DNA from: Octopus bimaculoides
Taxonomy: Eukaryota
Reading direction: 5' to 3'
Assembly (NCBI RefSeq): GCF_001194135.2
Contig: NC_068985.1
Location: 22,986,170 to 23,018,388, forward strand
Length of the DNA: 32,219 bases
The notes beneath the pieces were generated by a model. It saw only the letters and a program-made list of their open reading frames with translations. It had not been told where the DNA came from and did not search any database. Shown piece by piece: positions 11,913 through 23,126 of this stretch; position 1 is the first letter of the stretch; each line of letters opens with the position of its first letter. Both the position numbers and the translations under genes were made by a program.

Positions 11913-12086
11913 NNNNNNNNNNNNNNNNNNNNNNNNNNNNNNNNNNNNNNATAAGATAGAAAACAGAGAGTGAAGTGGAGGAATGAAAATAGATGAGAAA
12001 TATGCACATCTATTTTCATTCCTCCACTTCACTCTCTATTTCGTATCTTATCTAAATTAACTATTGCTTAACCATTTTCTCACACT

Positions 12087-12134
12087 GTCTCTGATGACGG
12101 GACATAATAAATATCCTGGAAACAGCTGTAAGAC
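12087..12134 (+). ncRNA. Minimal type I hammerhead ribozyme (PLE-type, palindromic helix III)
   Basis: Stem I gtct (12087-90) pairs with agac (12131-34). Core CTGATGA at 12091-97. Stem II cgggacat/atatcctg has one mismatch and one G-U. GAAAC at 12119-23. Self-complementary ACAGCTGT helix III. Cleavage triplet GTA at 12128-30. Confidence 0.85.
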
Positions 12135-12505
12135 CTTCTATTTATAAATGTTCTAAAATCTTCACAGCCTTGTTTTTTTTTTATCTCATTCTGGAAAAAA
12201 AATATATATATATATATATTTAGTTACAAAAAAATGTTCAGGAGAATTTCAGAGAAGTTCAACAATTTAAATAAATATATATTCTGCCATGGATCAATGT
12301 ATCATTTTCATTTTCATTTTATCTAGTTTCAGCTCATGAGCTGTGGCCATGCTGGGGCACCACCATTTGCATATATCAGTTTTAATTCAATATATTTTTT
12401 ATACCTTTGCATCTCGGGCTTTTTATCTGAACACTTCAAACTACTGCCTATACAATAAACAAAGAAACTTTACTACATATATAGTGATATGTATATATAT
12501 ATATA

Positions 12506-13800
12506 TCATCATCACCATCATCAACATCTTTTAATGTCCGTTGTCCATGCTGGCATTGGTTGGACGGTTTGACCAGGACTGGTAAGCTGAAGGGCTGCAT
12601 GAGACTCCAGTCTGATTTGGCATGGTTTCTACTGCTGGATGCCCTTCTTAATGCTTAAGAGTATAATAAGTGCTTTTACATCCCACTGGCACAGATGCCA
12701 GTTGCATGACAAGAGTATCTGCCATGACTATCATTTCACTTGGCTTGATGGGTCTTCTTCCCAAGCATGGCATATTACCATAGATATTAGTCATTTGTCA
12801 TTGCCTCTATGTGGCCCAATGCTCAAAAGGTGCATTTTATGTGTCACCAGCACAGGTGCCAATTATGCAACACGGGCATCAACCACACTGCCTCCATGAG
12901 GCCCAACACTCAACAGGTGATTTTTATGTGCCATCAGCATCCACTTGGTTTGATGGATTTTCTTCCCAAGCATGGCATATTGCCAAAGGTCTCAGTCATT
13001 TGTCATTGCTTCTGTGAGGCCCAACGCTTGAAAGGTGCTTTTTCCATGCCACCAGCACAGGTGCCAATTATGCAACGCTGGCATTGGCCATATTGCCTCC
13101 ATGAGGCCAAACACTTGGAAGGTGCTCTTTTACATGTCACTGGCATGAGTGCCAATTACATGACTCTGGCATCAGCCACGACTACAATTTCACTTAGCTT
13201 GACAGGCCTTCTCAAACATGGTGTATCACCAGAAGTCTCAGTCATTAGTCATTGCCTTCATGAGGCCCAACATTCAAAGATCATGCTTCACCACCTCATT
13301 TCATGTCTTACCTCTTCCACAGGTTCCCTCCATGGTTAGAGATCGGCACTTTTTTACACAACTGTCCTTGTCCATATGCATCACATGATCATACCAATGC
13401 AGTCTTCTCTCTTGCACACCGCATCTGATGCCTCGTATGCCAAACTTTTCTCTCAAGACACTTATACTTTGTTATACCTGCACACTGACATTGCACATCC
13501 AGCAGAATATACTAGCTTCATATTTTTCAAGCCTATGCATGTCCTCAATGGTTACAGCCCATGTTTCACTGTCATGTAGCACAACTGTTTGCACACAGGC
13601 ATCATACAATCTGCTTTTCACTCTGAAGGAGAGGCCCTTTGTTGCCAGCCGAGATAGGGGCTCTCTGAACTTTGGCCAGCCTATTCTTATTCTTGCAGCT
13701 ACCCTCTTGGAGCATCCTCCTCTGCTACTGACTTTTTCACTTAGGTAACAGAAGCTATCAACTACCTCTAGCTTACCCAACTGGCATTTGATGGAGTCTG
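12506..13800 (-). mobile_element. 5'-truncated RTE-clade LINE: ORF C-terminus, internally repetitive 3' UTR and (GAT)n tail
   Basis: Minus ORF 13472-13780 LEVVDSFCYL...RIRIGWPKFRE...LYDACVQTVVLHDSETWAVTIEDMHRLE matches the post-RT region of RTE LINEs (YGSETW-like). Duplicated blocks at about 12745-13290. Terminal acgtccg...catcatc tail beside (TA)n. Confidence 0.85.
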
Positions 13801-13909
13801 TTTTCAGTACATTTTTTGTGTTTATTGTAGCTGTTTCCAGTTAACCCTCCTCTGATATTGCTGCACCGCTTATGTGACCCCACCCCACCCCACCCCACCC
13901 ACACACACA

Positions 13910-14560
13910 CAGGGTGCTCAGGCTGAATTTGACAGTTTGCATAGAAGGAAAAGAAAACACACTATGCCATCCAAAAATAAAAGATTTTTTAAAATTCAAA
14001 AGATATCAACTTGGTTTTGGCTGGAAGAAAACATTTTATTTAGAGTAGCCACTCTCAGCTTCTATCATGGCCTCAAGATGGCTCTGGAACTTGAAACATA
14101 CATTCCTCACTGTATCCCTGACAAAATCTTTGATCTTAGCCACCAACTCAGCCTTGGTATTGCAGGCAGAGCAGTTGGTGTCTTTCTTAACCATGCCCTA
14201 CACATTACAATCAGGGGAATTAGGTGGCCAGAAAATGGGGTTGGTGAAGTCATAGAAATTCGGTAACAACTATTTCTGACTCTAGAAGTATGGCAAAGAA
14301 CTGAATTCTGCTGTGATACATATAACCTTCCAACAGCAATCCTCTCCAGCCAAAGTTTGACCACAGCCTCCAGCAGCTTCATATAGCCATTTGAATTGAG
14401 CCTAAGGCCCTGTTCAAAAGTGTGGGGTGACATGATATCATCCTCACTGGAAACACACCCAAATATTATTACAGTTTGGTTGAACTTGGTTTTCAAGATG
14501 TCCATGTCATGTTTTGCAGCCTTTACAGTGTTCACAGAGCATTGAGTATTTTGCAGCAGT
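13910..14560 (-). mobile_element. Tc1/mariner (maT/DD37D-like) transposon 3' fragment with one TIR
   Basis: KTKFNQTVIIFGCVSSEDDIMSPHTFEQGLRLNSNGY...QQNSVLCHTS, then in a shifted frame NFYDFTNPIFWPPNSPDCN and terminal FQSHLEAMIEAESGYSK*. TIR-like CAGGGTG at 13910. Confidence 0.85.
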
Positions 14561-14626
14561 CATGATATATATTTACATATAATCTAGTGATACCACTGCA
14601 ATTATTTTTTCTATCACATATTACAG

Positions 14627-14768
14627 CTGCTTCGGTGAAATTAGTCAATGGTACTAACCCTAGTAATGGAAGGATTCAAATAACCATCAATAACATCACT
14701 GGTACTATATGTGATGACAATTTTGACGACAAAGATGCCACTGTTGTTTGCAAGCAGCTGGGATATAA
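14627..14768 (+). CDS. Exon: SRCR domain 2, N-terminal half (phase 1-2)
   Basis: AG at 14625-14626, donor GTAAGC at 14769. ASVKLVNGTNPSNGRIQITINNITGTICDDNFDDKDATVVCKQLGY. Confidence 0.95.
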
Positions 14769-14884
14769 GTAAGCCATTCATTTAATTGATATCTTTCTTT
14801 GTCTAATTTGTGATTAATCATTACTATTTTATACTGTTTTACTTTGAGTAAAAGGGTGAAGTTTCTTCCTAAGTTATATAGACA

Positions 14885-15320
14885 CATAGAGCCAGTTTCC
14901 CAGATTTTCTCACATACATACTCTCCACTGGACAGGATGCTGGCCCATCACAGGAATAATTTTTGTTGGCTGAGTGGACTTGAGCAACATAAAATGAAGT
15001 GTTTTGTCTGCTTCAGGAACTGAAACCACAATCTAACAATCAGGAATCTGACACCCTTACCACTAAGCCATGCACCTCTCCTAACCTTCCTGAATCATAT
15101 AGAGTCATAGGTCTAGTTTCCCAGATTCTGTGGTGTAATACCATCAACAGGATGCTGATCCATTGCAGGATTAACTCATTTTTGCCAAGTGAGTGGATTA
15201 GAGCAGCATGAAATGAAGTGTTTTGCTCAAGAACACAATGCAATTCCTGATCCAGGAACTGAAACCACATTCTTATGATCATGAGTCCAACTCGCTAACC
15301 ACTTGGCCATATGCCCTCAG
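14885..15320 (-). mobile_element. Two tandem degenerate tRNA-derived SINE copies (antisense)
   Basis: The block agtttcccagatt...caggatgctg...gagtgga...aaatgaagtgttttg...caggaactgaaaccaca...accact..gccat occurs twice (about 14893-15080 and 15115-15318). Confidence 0.7.
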
Positions 15321-15490
15321 AATGTTCCTTGTAAATTTGAACAGTTATTTGTAACAGAAGGAAGATTTTTTTTACAGCTAAAAGATAGTTTTATGTGCCA
15401 TTTATTTAAATCTTTGCTTCGTTTCTATTACACCTTTAGTTATTTTGTACTGATTTTGTTATTATATCCCATGTCTTAATGTTTTTCTAG

Positions 15491-15720
15491 ATCAGGTATT
15501 GCTTTGCCAGGAGGTACCTATGGAAAAGGTAAAGGTATTATTTGGTATGATGAGGTCGAATGCTTTGGTGATGAAGACAGTATTGGATATTGTGAAGGAA
15601 ATCGTCGGGGTGAACATGACTGTGACCACACAGAAGATGTTGGTGTGCAATGTTACAAAGATGCAATAACAACAACTACTTTCCTTACATCAACTACTGT
15701 AGCAACAACAACCACTGTGG
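15491..15720 (+). CDS. Exon: SRCR domain 2 C-terminal half plus Thr-rich (mucin-like) linker (phase 2-1)
   Basis: AG at 15489-15490, donor GTAAGT at 15721. SGIALPGGTYGKGKGIIWYDEVECFGDEDSIGYCEGNRRGEHDCDHTEDVGVQCYKDAITTTTFLTSTTVATTTTV. Confidence 0.95.
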
Positions 15721-16571
15721 GTAAGTAAAGATGATAGCCAATGCATTTTCTTATATCCTGATACAATCACAATGGCAGTACAGATTAAATTATGTTCCAT
15801 TTATGAGGTTTAATGAGATTGAAATGCATTAGGGGCTGTCACTATGCTATCAAAGATCAGATTCACTTTCTACAACATTCCTTTTTTAATTATTTTTAAT
15901 TTAATTTTTGTGGATTTAAATTCCACCATTATCTCCTCCTTAGTTATTAAGACAATGATTTTCTTCTTCCTCATTGCAGATGTAATTTTAATTCATTAGA
16001 ATTTCTTGACTCACTGCAGTCAGTATGTAAGTGCCCACTAAACTGTGTTTTTTATACTCCGGTGTCTCTAGGAATCCCTTTCCCATAGAAATTTTTAACA
16101 AGTTATAATGCAACTCAGTGTTTATTCATAAAAATCCTATGTAACTTTGTAGTCAGTCTCAGATATAGCAATAACAGACTATGCTCTGTTTAAGAACAAA
16201 ACATATCCAAATTTGTCTCTAGATGTCAAAGATCAAACATATTCTCAGCTGTATTCTTTTAATTTAAATTGATGGATTTATGCCGCTTGATTATTTTGAC
16301 AAGAAATTATCATCAAGCTAATAATCTTTTTTTTTTTTGTCAATATAGCCCACTATATTTAGTATGTTCGTGCCTACTGAACTATATTACACACATATAT
16401 ATATATATATATATANNNNNNNNNNATATATATATATATATATATATATTTGGTATATATTTGAATGCAAACCACAATTTACTTGCCTTTCAATTCTCTA
16501 AAGTCAATTAAAAAAGTTACTAAGTCATTAACTATACCACATCTCCTCCAAAACCAAAATTGGTTTGCAGT

Positions 16572-16858
16572 TGTAATGTGAGGAACAAAACAAGGTTCAC
16601 CTACCTCTCAGTGTCAGCTGTCCAGCTATGTTAAATCCAAGGCATACCCTACCCATGTTGCCTATCACTAGTAGCTACTGCTAAAGCCCTATCTCACTCT
16701 CGCATCCATGCATGTCCATTCACCACGACTGCCCCAGGAGCAAAGAGGACCACACTGGTCTTACTTCCTTCACTTCATCACTCCATCTTCTTCTTCCTGT
16801 GGGGCCCCTCAGCTATTGGCATCACTGCCCTTTCCTTCTGGTTCACCCCATCCTTACA
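16572..16858 (-). repeat. 3' LTR of the Gypsy element (internally deleted relative to the 5' LTR)
   Basis: Shares cctatcactagtagctactgctaaagcc and ccctcagctattg..tcactgccctttccttc with the other LTR. Lacks about 170 bp present at roughly 20350-20545. Confidence 0.88.
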
Positions 16859-19800
16859 CGCCCCCCCCTCCCCGGATCTCAAAAATCACCTCCTCGCTTC
16901 ACTTCATGTTGAAATCTGCTATCTACCCAGGCAGAGGTCTCACTTGGTGTGATCTCTGCAGCGATGGAGCTTCACTTGCTTCCTCTCCTTTACCTTCATC
17001 ATCCAACGAAGTGACAACTCTGCAAACATCCAAAACATTTCATCCACAGAGACATTATTTTTGGAATTAACAGCCATCACTGTCCCTCTGCTCCACTGCT
17101 ATGTGCAGTGTGCCTTTGGGGGCTTGACCCTGACTTCCTCTTCTACCTACACGAAGGCAGGCTCCTTCTCTTCTACAGCATGTTGTAATGTGCACGGATG
17201 CTACCGTTCATACCTGAATATCACTCTATGTAGCACAAACTCTTCGTCCTGATTGGAGTGATGTATTGTACCAAAATACCACTTCCAGTGGTGAGATGCC
17301 TCTTCTCTCCACCATGGCTGTGATTGTGTGATGGTGTCTTTCCATGATTCCATTTCCATTGAGCTTGTATGCTGCTCTTAAGAAGCAGCACACGTTCCAC
17401 TTACCAAGCATCTCCTACAACACCTCCAAACGAAATATGGTGCCATTTTCCATCAGCAATTCCTCCACAGGGCCCCACTCATTCAGGATATACATACAAC
17501 CTCATCTGCAGTACCCATCTTCATTTCCCTCCATATGGCCATCTGACTCAATCTGTAATCGACCATCAAAAGATACATCTCCTGCTAGTTGTGTGTCACA
17601 TCTATCACCAGTCGTCTCCAGTTGTACTCTAGTGAGATGTTTCCTGACTTGTGCATACCTGGTGCAGAGTTGATAGATTGACACCTATCACAGCTCCTGA
17701 CTACCTTTTGAATGCTCTGCCTAGTGACATTGGAGTCAACCTCCTGCTTCTATCCACACCCATATGATGCATGGCATGCAGTCTCCTTTGTTCCAAGTCA
17801 CCTTGCTGACACACTGCAGCTATTCTCCACTCTGAATCTTCCGGCACCACCAACCAGCCTTTTTCACCCTGGTTAGAATGTCTATCTTATTCCTCTCTCA
17901 GGGCACAAAGATCATGCTCAGCTTCAAACCGAATTTGGCAGCTAGCTCCCTCAGAATCCCTAGGCAGTACTTTATTAACATCTCTGCAGCCCCTGTGGTT
18001 TGAACTCATTTTTCATCAGTGATCACTGATCCTACACATCCAAGCACAGTAGCTGAATTGGTTTGGATTTCGATGGAATGCAGCCCCACTCTCAGGGTCA
18101 AATTCACCCCCTTCAGCACTGCGTCCAGCTCAGCCATGTTGATGTGGTTGTAATCATGTTTTTCGGAGCCAGGCTGCATCCTCCACTTCAACACCTCTAA
18201 TTTCTGGGACAACCCTTATCACTATGCTACTAGCATCACACCATTCAGTCCCATTCCCCAACTTGGGAACATATCAACATCCTCTTACTGGGTCTTCTGC
18301 TCTTACCTTCTCTAGGATCTCTTGCATCATCGCCACCATCCTCTCTCCCATTTTGTCTCCCTAGCTTGCCCCATCTGCTCATATCTTGATATAGCTGCAT
18401 GCTATTCAAAGCCATCCTGTGATTAGATAGTGACCTACTAGTCTCCCACATATCGAGAATAGTTCTCTTCTGTCGATGTTGGTGCCCAGTTCCGGGATCT
18501 CATTCTCTCTCCGAAACACCAACACACTTATTTTGCCTCTTTGAAACTTGAGCCCAAGTGCAGCTCCTTCAACCATTGACTCTGGTGGTTTCGCAGTCAG
18601 CCTAAATATTTTTAGGTGACTTATGACCTCTGCAGCAGACACTACAGTCTTATCTACCCAGATGTCATCTATATAGGAACTGGTGGCCATTTTTACCTTG
18701 TCCACCTTTCCCAGGGTAGATTTGAGCACTGTTGCCATGATCTTTGGTGCAGAATTCAGCCCAAACCCCAACTTAGTCCAACAGTATATCTTTATATCAT
18801 ATCAGCCTTTATATCATATCAGCTGATATTGCCACAGTTTCTTGCTCATATGAAGCTGCAGATATTCCAACTTCAAGTTGAAAATCGTTGCCACCCTTGT
18901 CATCTATCTCCATTCACACAATGTCTCTCCAAAGATGTCAGTCACCTCACTGCCCATGTGTCATGATACATGGCCATTCATCTTTTGGAAGTCCAGTCTC
19001 AGCCTGTTCATCAGCATTGGGGGCTCCCCTTTCCAGTGTCACTCTACCATCCACTGCTGACTATCGAACACTGCTTGAAAATCTTTATCCTCAGTGGTGT
19101 AAGCAGTACAATCCCCCATGGATCTCTACCCATCTCATATTGCACACTCACAGCGCATGACACTCCCACACCACCAAATGAAACCCTGTCTCCACTGACA
19201 CTAACACCTCCAAAGCAGTTGATCACATCAATTCCATTTATCACAGAGTCAATCACAATTGCCCGCAACCTCACTGTTGTGCCCCACACCACTATCTCTA
19301 CTTCACTGCTACCCTTACATCCAATTTCGCTGTGTTGACCAACCAAACACTACTTGTCCCTTTCCATTTTTTGCCAGGGTCATGATAGATGATGTACAAC
19401 CTGTATCCATGCCTCTGAATGCCTTTCCTCCAACTAAGACTTCAACTATGAGCAGTGACTGTACAAGAGCCCCTATTTGCTTGCAGGGGAAATTTGGAAG
19501 GCAACAACTTCCCTGTGGCCTATTCCCTGGCTGTAGTTTTGAGTTATATGCTTTATCTGCTTGCACCAGTTGCAAACGGGTTCAGGCTTTGTCTCCACAC
19601 AGGTCCTCACCCTGTGTGGCCCCTCGCACTTGAAACACCAGCCCATAAATGGTCACTGTCACTCCATGGCAGTTTTTCTCTCCTCATTCTTTACTGATAG
19701 CTGTGTATCATTGTTGGCTTCCACAGTTGTCCATTGCTGCTGCATTCCACCTGGGCTTGAGGGATGAGCTCACTCATCGCTATTTTATTGCTGCCTGGTA

Positions 19801-20276
19801 GTTGTTGCAGTCATACTGATATGTTGTCAGAGAAGCCATTTACAAAGGCCATTCGTGCTGCCTTTTCTAGCCCCACTCTGGTAAAACCAGATAGCATGGC
19901 CAGTCTCTGAACCTCTGCTGTGTACACGTCTACCTGTTCCCCTGTCCACCTGACCATTCCCAGCTTGGCGAACGCAGTGCCCAATCCTTCCATAAAGGCT
20001 TTCTTTAAGCACTGCTTGATCTTCACCACATCTAGTTGGTCCATCTCATCCATCTCTTGATATAGAGCCATGAAACCTGCTACATCATCAATGCCTTACA
20101 GCCTGGCCACCATCTTGATTTTACGGATCCAGGCAATCACATCTCCTTCCCCACAGAAAGGTCTGATGGCATTACTGCCAATCCTTATTTTCACTGCCAT
20201 CTCATGGAAGGGGACAACATCAATGGAAAAAGATATGTGTGTATGAGCACCAAAATAGCTTGTAATGTGCGAGAAT

Positions 20277-20733
20277 TGTGATGTGAGGAATAAAAGATGG
20301 TTCAACTACTTTTCAGTGTGTTAGCTGTCTAACTTTTTTAAATCCAAGATGTGCACTAGCATAGCTAGACTGTGTGCTGCCTGGGGTGGCCCTTCCATTT
20401 TCTGCACTCGGTCCCCACAAAAAAACCACATATTGCCTACAGCAAAAGCCTACAACAGGATGAAAAGTGCCACCCAGGGGTGGACTTCCCAGGGCAGGCT
20501 GCCCCTACCACTTCCCATTCCCCAGCTATGCTAGTGCCAATCTGTCTCACCTATCACTAGTAGCTACTGCTAAAGCCGTCTTACCCTCTCATTCACATAT
20601 GTCCATTCACCACAACTACCCCGAGGCCAAAAAGGACCATGCTGGTCTTGCTTCCCTTCCTTTTTGTCTTCCAGTGGAGTCCCTCAGCTATTGATGTCAC
20701 TGCCCTTTCCTTCCAGTTTACCCCATCCCCACA
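20277..20733 (-). repeat. 5' LTR of the Gypsy element
   Basis: tgtgatgtgaggaa...ccccatccccaca. The left boundary could alternatively be 20261 (tgtaatgtg). A PBS-like TGGTGCTC lies on the minus strand at 20245-20252. Confidence 0.85.
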
Positions 20734-21243
20734 GCAGTCTTGAAAAGAAATGGTTATTTAAATTTTTTTTTTTTGTTTTGTTTTATATGATGTTTTTAGC
20801 TTTCCTTCATTCAAATGTCTACCCCTTTCAGATTATTTTTAGAGGTCATTGTGGGGACAATTTTATTCTAGATTACTGATTTCCTTCATTATTTAAGCTT
20901 TTAACTCCCTGGCTCCTACAAAACCTTCTGTTCCACACAAGCTCCACCTTATATTGATAAATAATCTTTGATATACCCTCCAGAATAAAGAATTACTATA
21001 TTGTTTCATTTCTTTTTTCCTGGCCAGTCTTTACTTATAATCACTTGTGTCCAATATGTTAAGGTATTATCTCTCCCTCTTCTAACAGTTAGAATATTTG
21101 TGATACCAATCTTAATATTTGCATTCATAGATAAAGCCATCCTACATTAAGCTAATTGTTTGATTTAGTGTAAATCTGATATTCAATTTTATTGTATTCA
21201 TTTCTAATGTTTCTAAAACATAAAACTAATTTACTATATTAGA

Positions 21244-22585
21244 GTCGTCGTCGTCATTTAACGTCCGCTTTCCATACTAGCATGGGTTGGACGATTTGAC
21301 TGAGGACTGGTGAAACCAGATGGCTACACCAGGTTCCAATCTGATTTGGCTAGTTTCTACAGCTGGATGCCCTTCCTAATGCCAACCACTCAGAGAGTGT
21401 AGTGGGTGCTTTTACGTGTCACCCGCACGAAGGCCAGTCAGGCGGTACTGGCAACGGCCATGCTCATCTCGCTTGAGAAACCTCATGTGTCACCCGCACA
21501 AGAGCCCCAGCCCAGGGGCACCGGCAACGATCCCACTCGAAAATCCTACAACAACCCCACACAAGAGCCNNNNNNNNNNNNNNNNNNNNNNNNNNNNNNN
21601 NNNNNNNNNNNNNNNNNNNNNNNNNNNNNNNNNNNNNNNNNNNNNNNNNNNNNNNNNNNNNNNNNNNNNNNNNNNNNNNNNNNNNNNNNNNNNNNNNNNN
21701 NNNNNNNNNNNNNNNNNNNNNNNNNNNNNNNNNNNNNNNNNNNNNNNNNNNNNNNNNNNNNNNNNNNNNNNNNNNNNNNNNNNNNNNNNNNNNNNNNNNN
21801 NNNNNNNNNNNNNNNNNNNNNNNNNNNNNNNNNNNNNNNNNNNNNNNNNNNNNNNNNNNNNNNNNNNNNNNNNNNNNNNNNNNNNNNNNNNNNNNNNNNN
21901 NNNNNNNNNNNNNNNNNNNNNNNNNNNNNNNNNNNNNNNNNNNNNNNNNNNNNNNNNNNNNNNNNNNNNNNNNNNNNNNNNNNNNNNNNNNNNNNNNNNN
22001 NNNNNNNNNNNNNNNNNNNNNNNNNNNNNNNNNNNNNNNNNNNNNNNNNNNNNNNNNNNNNNNNNNNNNNNNNNNNNNNNNNNNNNNNNNNNNNNNNNNN
22101 NNNNNNNNNNNNNNNNNNNNNNNNNNNNNNNNNNNNNNNNNNNNNNNNNNNNNNNNNNNNNNNNNNNNNNNNNNNNNNNNNNNNNNNNNNNNNNNNNNNN
22201 NNNNNNNNNNNNNNNNNNNNNNNNNNNNNNNNNNNNNNNNNNNNNNNNNNNNNNNNNNNNNNNNNNNNNNNNNNNNNNNNNNNNNNNNNNNNNNNNNNNN
22301 NNNNNNNNNNNAACGATCCCGCTCGAAACATTTCATGTGTCGCCCACACAAGAGCCAGTCCAGGGGCACTGGCAACGATCTCGCTCGAAAGATATCATGT
22401 GTCGCCCACACATGAGCCAGTCCAGGGGCACTGGCAACGATCCCGCTCGAAAGATTTCATGTGTCGCCCGCACATGAGCCAGTCCAGGGGCACTGGCAAC
22501 GATCCCGCTCGAAACATTTCATGTGTCGCCCGCACATGAGCCATTCCAGGGGCACTGGCAACGATCCCGCTCGAAACATTTCATT
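21244..22585 (-). mobile_element. RTE LINE 3' end with (GAC)n tail, extended by a 62-bp minisatellite
   Basis: Terminal domain 21244-21415 is near-identical to the other copies; tandem units continue to 22585. Confidence 0.85.
21415..22585. repeat. 62-bp GC-rich minisatellite, mostly collapsed into a 742-N gap
   Basis: aacgat starts at 22312, 22374, 22436, 22498 and 22560 (exact 62-bp period). Unit: aacgatcccgctcgaaacatttcatgtgtcgcccacacaagagccagtccaggggcactggc. Confidence 0.95.
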
Positions 22586-23126
22586 TCATCCTAATTTAGA
22601 CCAACCCTAAATCTCAGGGAATCAGAAATTGCTTTTGTCTCAATTTTTTCCTCAGACTTTTGCAGTATTGTTAGATCTACCATGGGTAATGACATCTCCA
22701 CCAGCAATAGTCGAGGTTTTTAAATTGTAGATTTCTCTCCTCATTAGAACGTATAGGTTATTTGAGCAAAAAGTTCAAGAGAAAAGACCAACTAAATGAC
22801 TGTGGTAACTAAATATAAGTAACTAAATGGTAAAATATTTAGTTAGAAGCATAAGGATGTATTTGATCTGATTTCATCCTGGCTCAGTCTTTAATTTCTT
22901 TATCAAACCTATGCAACCTCAAGGGTAAAAATGTTAAAACAAACTTGATTATGATCTATATTTCAATTTATAAGTTTTAAAAATTGTGAAAAATGATGTT
23001 TTTAAACATTTTTGAACATTTTTCATATAAAAAATGCAAACTTAAAAATAAATACTAACATAACATCAATTCTAAATATCTAGTCTTTATTCATATGAAA
23101 GAATTTTATTTTCATTGTCATCTTAG

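Larger units (their letters stand above)
11824..12198. repeat. ~375-bp palindrome (inverted Penelope pseudo-LTR-like duplication) carrying a hammerhead motif on each arm
   Basis: Perfect 31-bp inner arms 11965-11995 and 12007-12037 around an 11-nt loop. Perfect 27-bp match of 11886-11912 to 12109-12135. Outer arms ttttccagaatgagataaaaaaa...aggctgtgaagattttag match ctaaaatcttcacagcct...ttatctcattctggaaaa. Confidence 0.92.
16572..20733 (-). mobile_element. Full-length, decayed Ty3/Gypsy-type LTR retrotransposon (4162 bp) with 5-bp TSD GCAGT
   Basis: TSD gcagt at 16567-16571 and 20734-20738. LTRs 16572-16858 and about 20277-20733 are bounded by TG...CA. Polypurine tract on the minus strand at 16859-16873. 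Minus-strand order gag (20200-19600; degenerate CxxCx4Hx4Y knuckle), protease (DTG), RT (GFGLNSAPKIM, YIDD), RNase H (WCDASS, HINMAELDAV), integrase (ENGT, GNGIMERHH). Many stops and frameshifts. Confidence 0.92.

Noticed and set aside
21299-21320. CTGAGGA...GAAAC in the RTE terminal domain (also in sibling copies)
   Set aside because: Only 5 nt separate the motifs, GAAA is the loop of a ctggt/accag hairpin, and other copies lack GAAAC. It is not a hammerhead core.
21415-22585. Regular repeats next to a gap that could be mistaken for a CRISPR array
   Set aside because: Head-to-tail 62-bp units with no unique spacers, in a eukaryotic intron, and derived from a LINE UTR.
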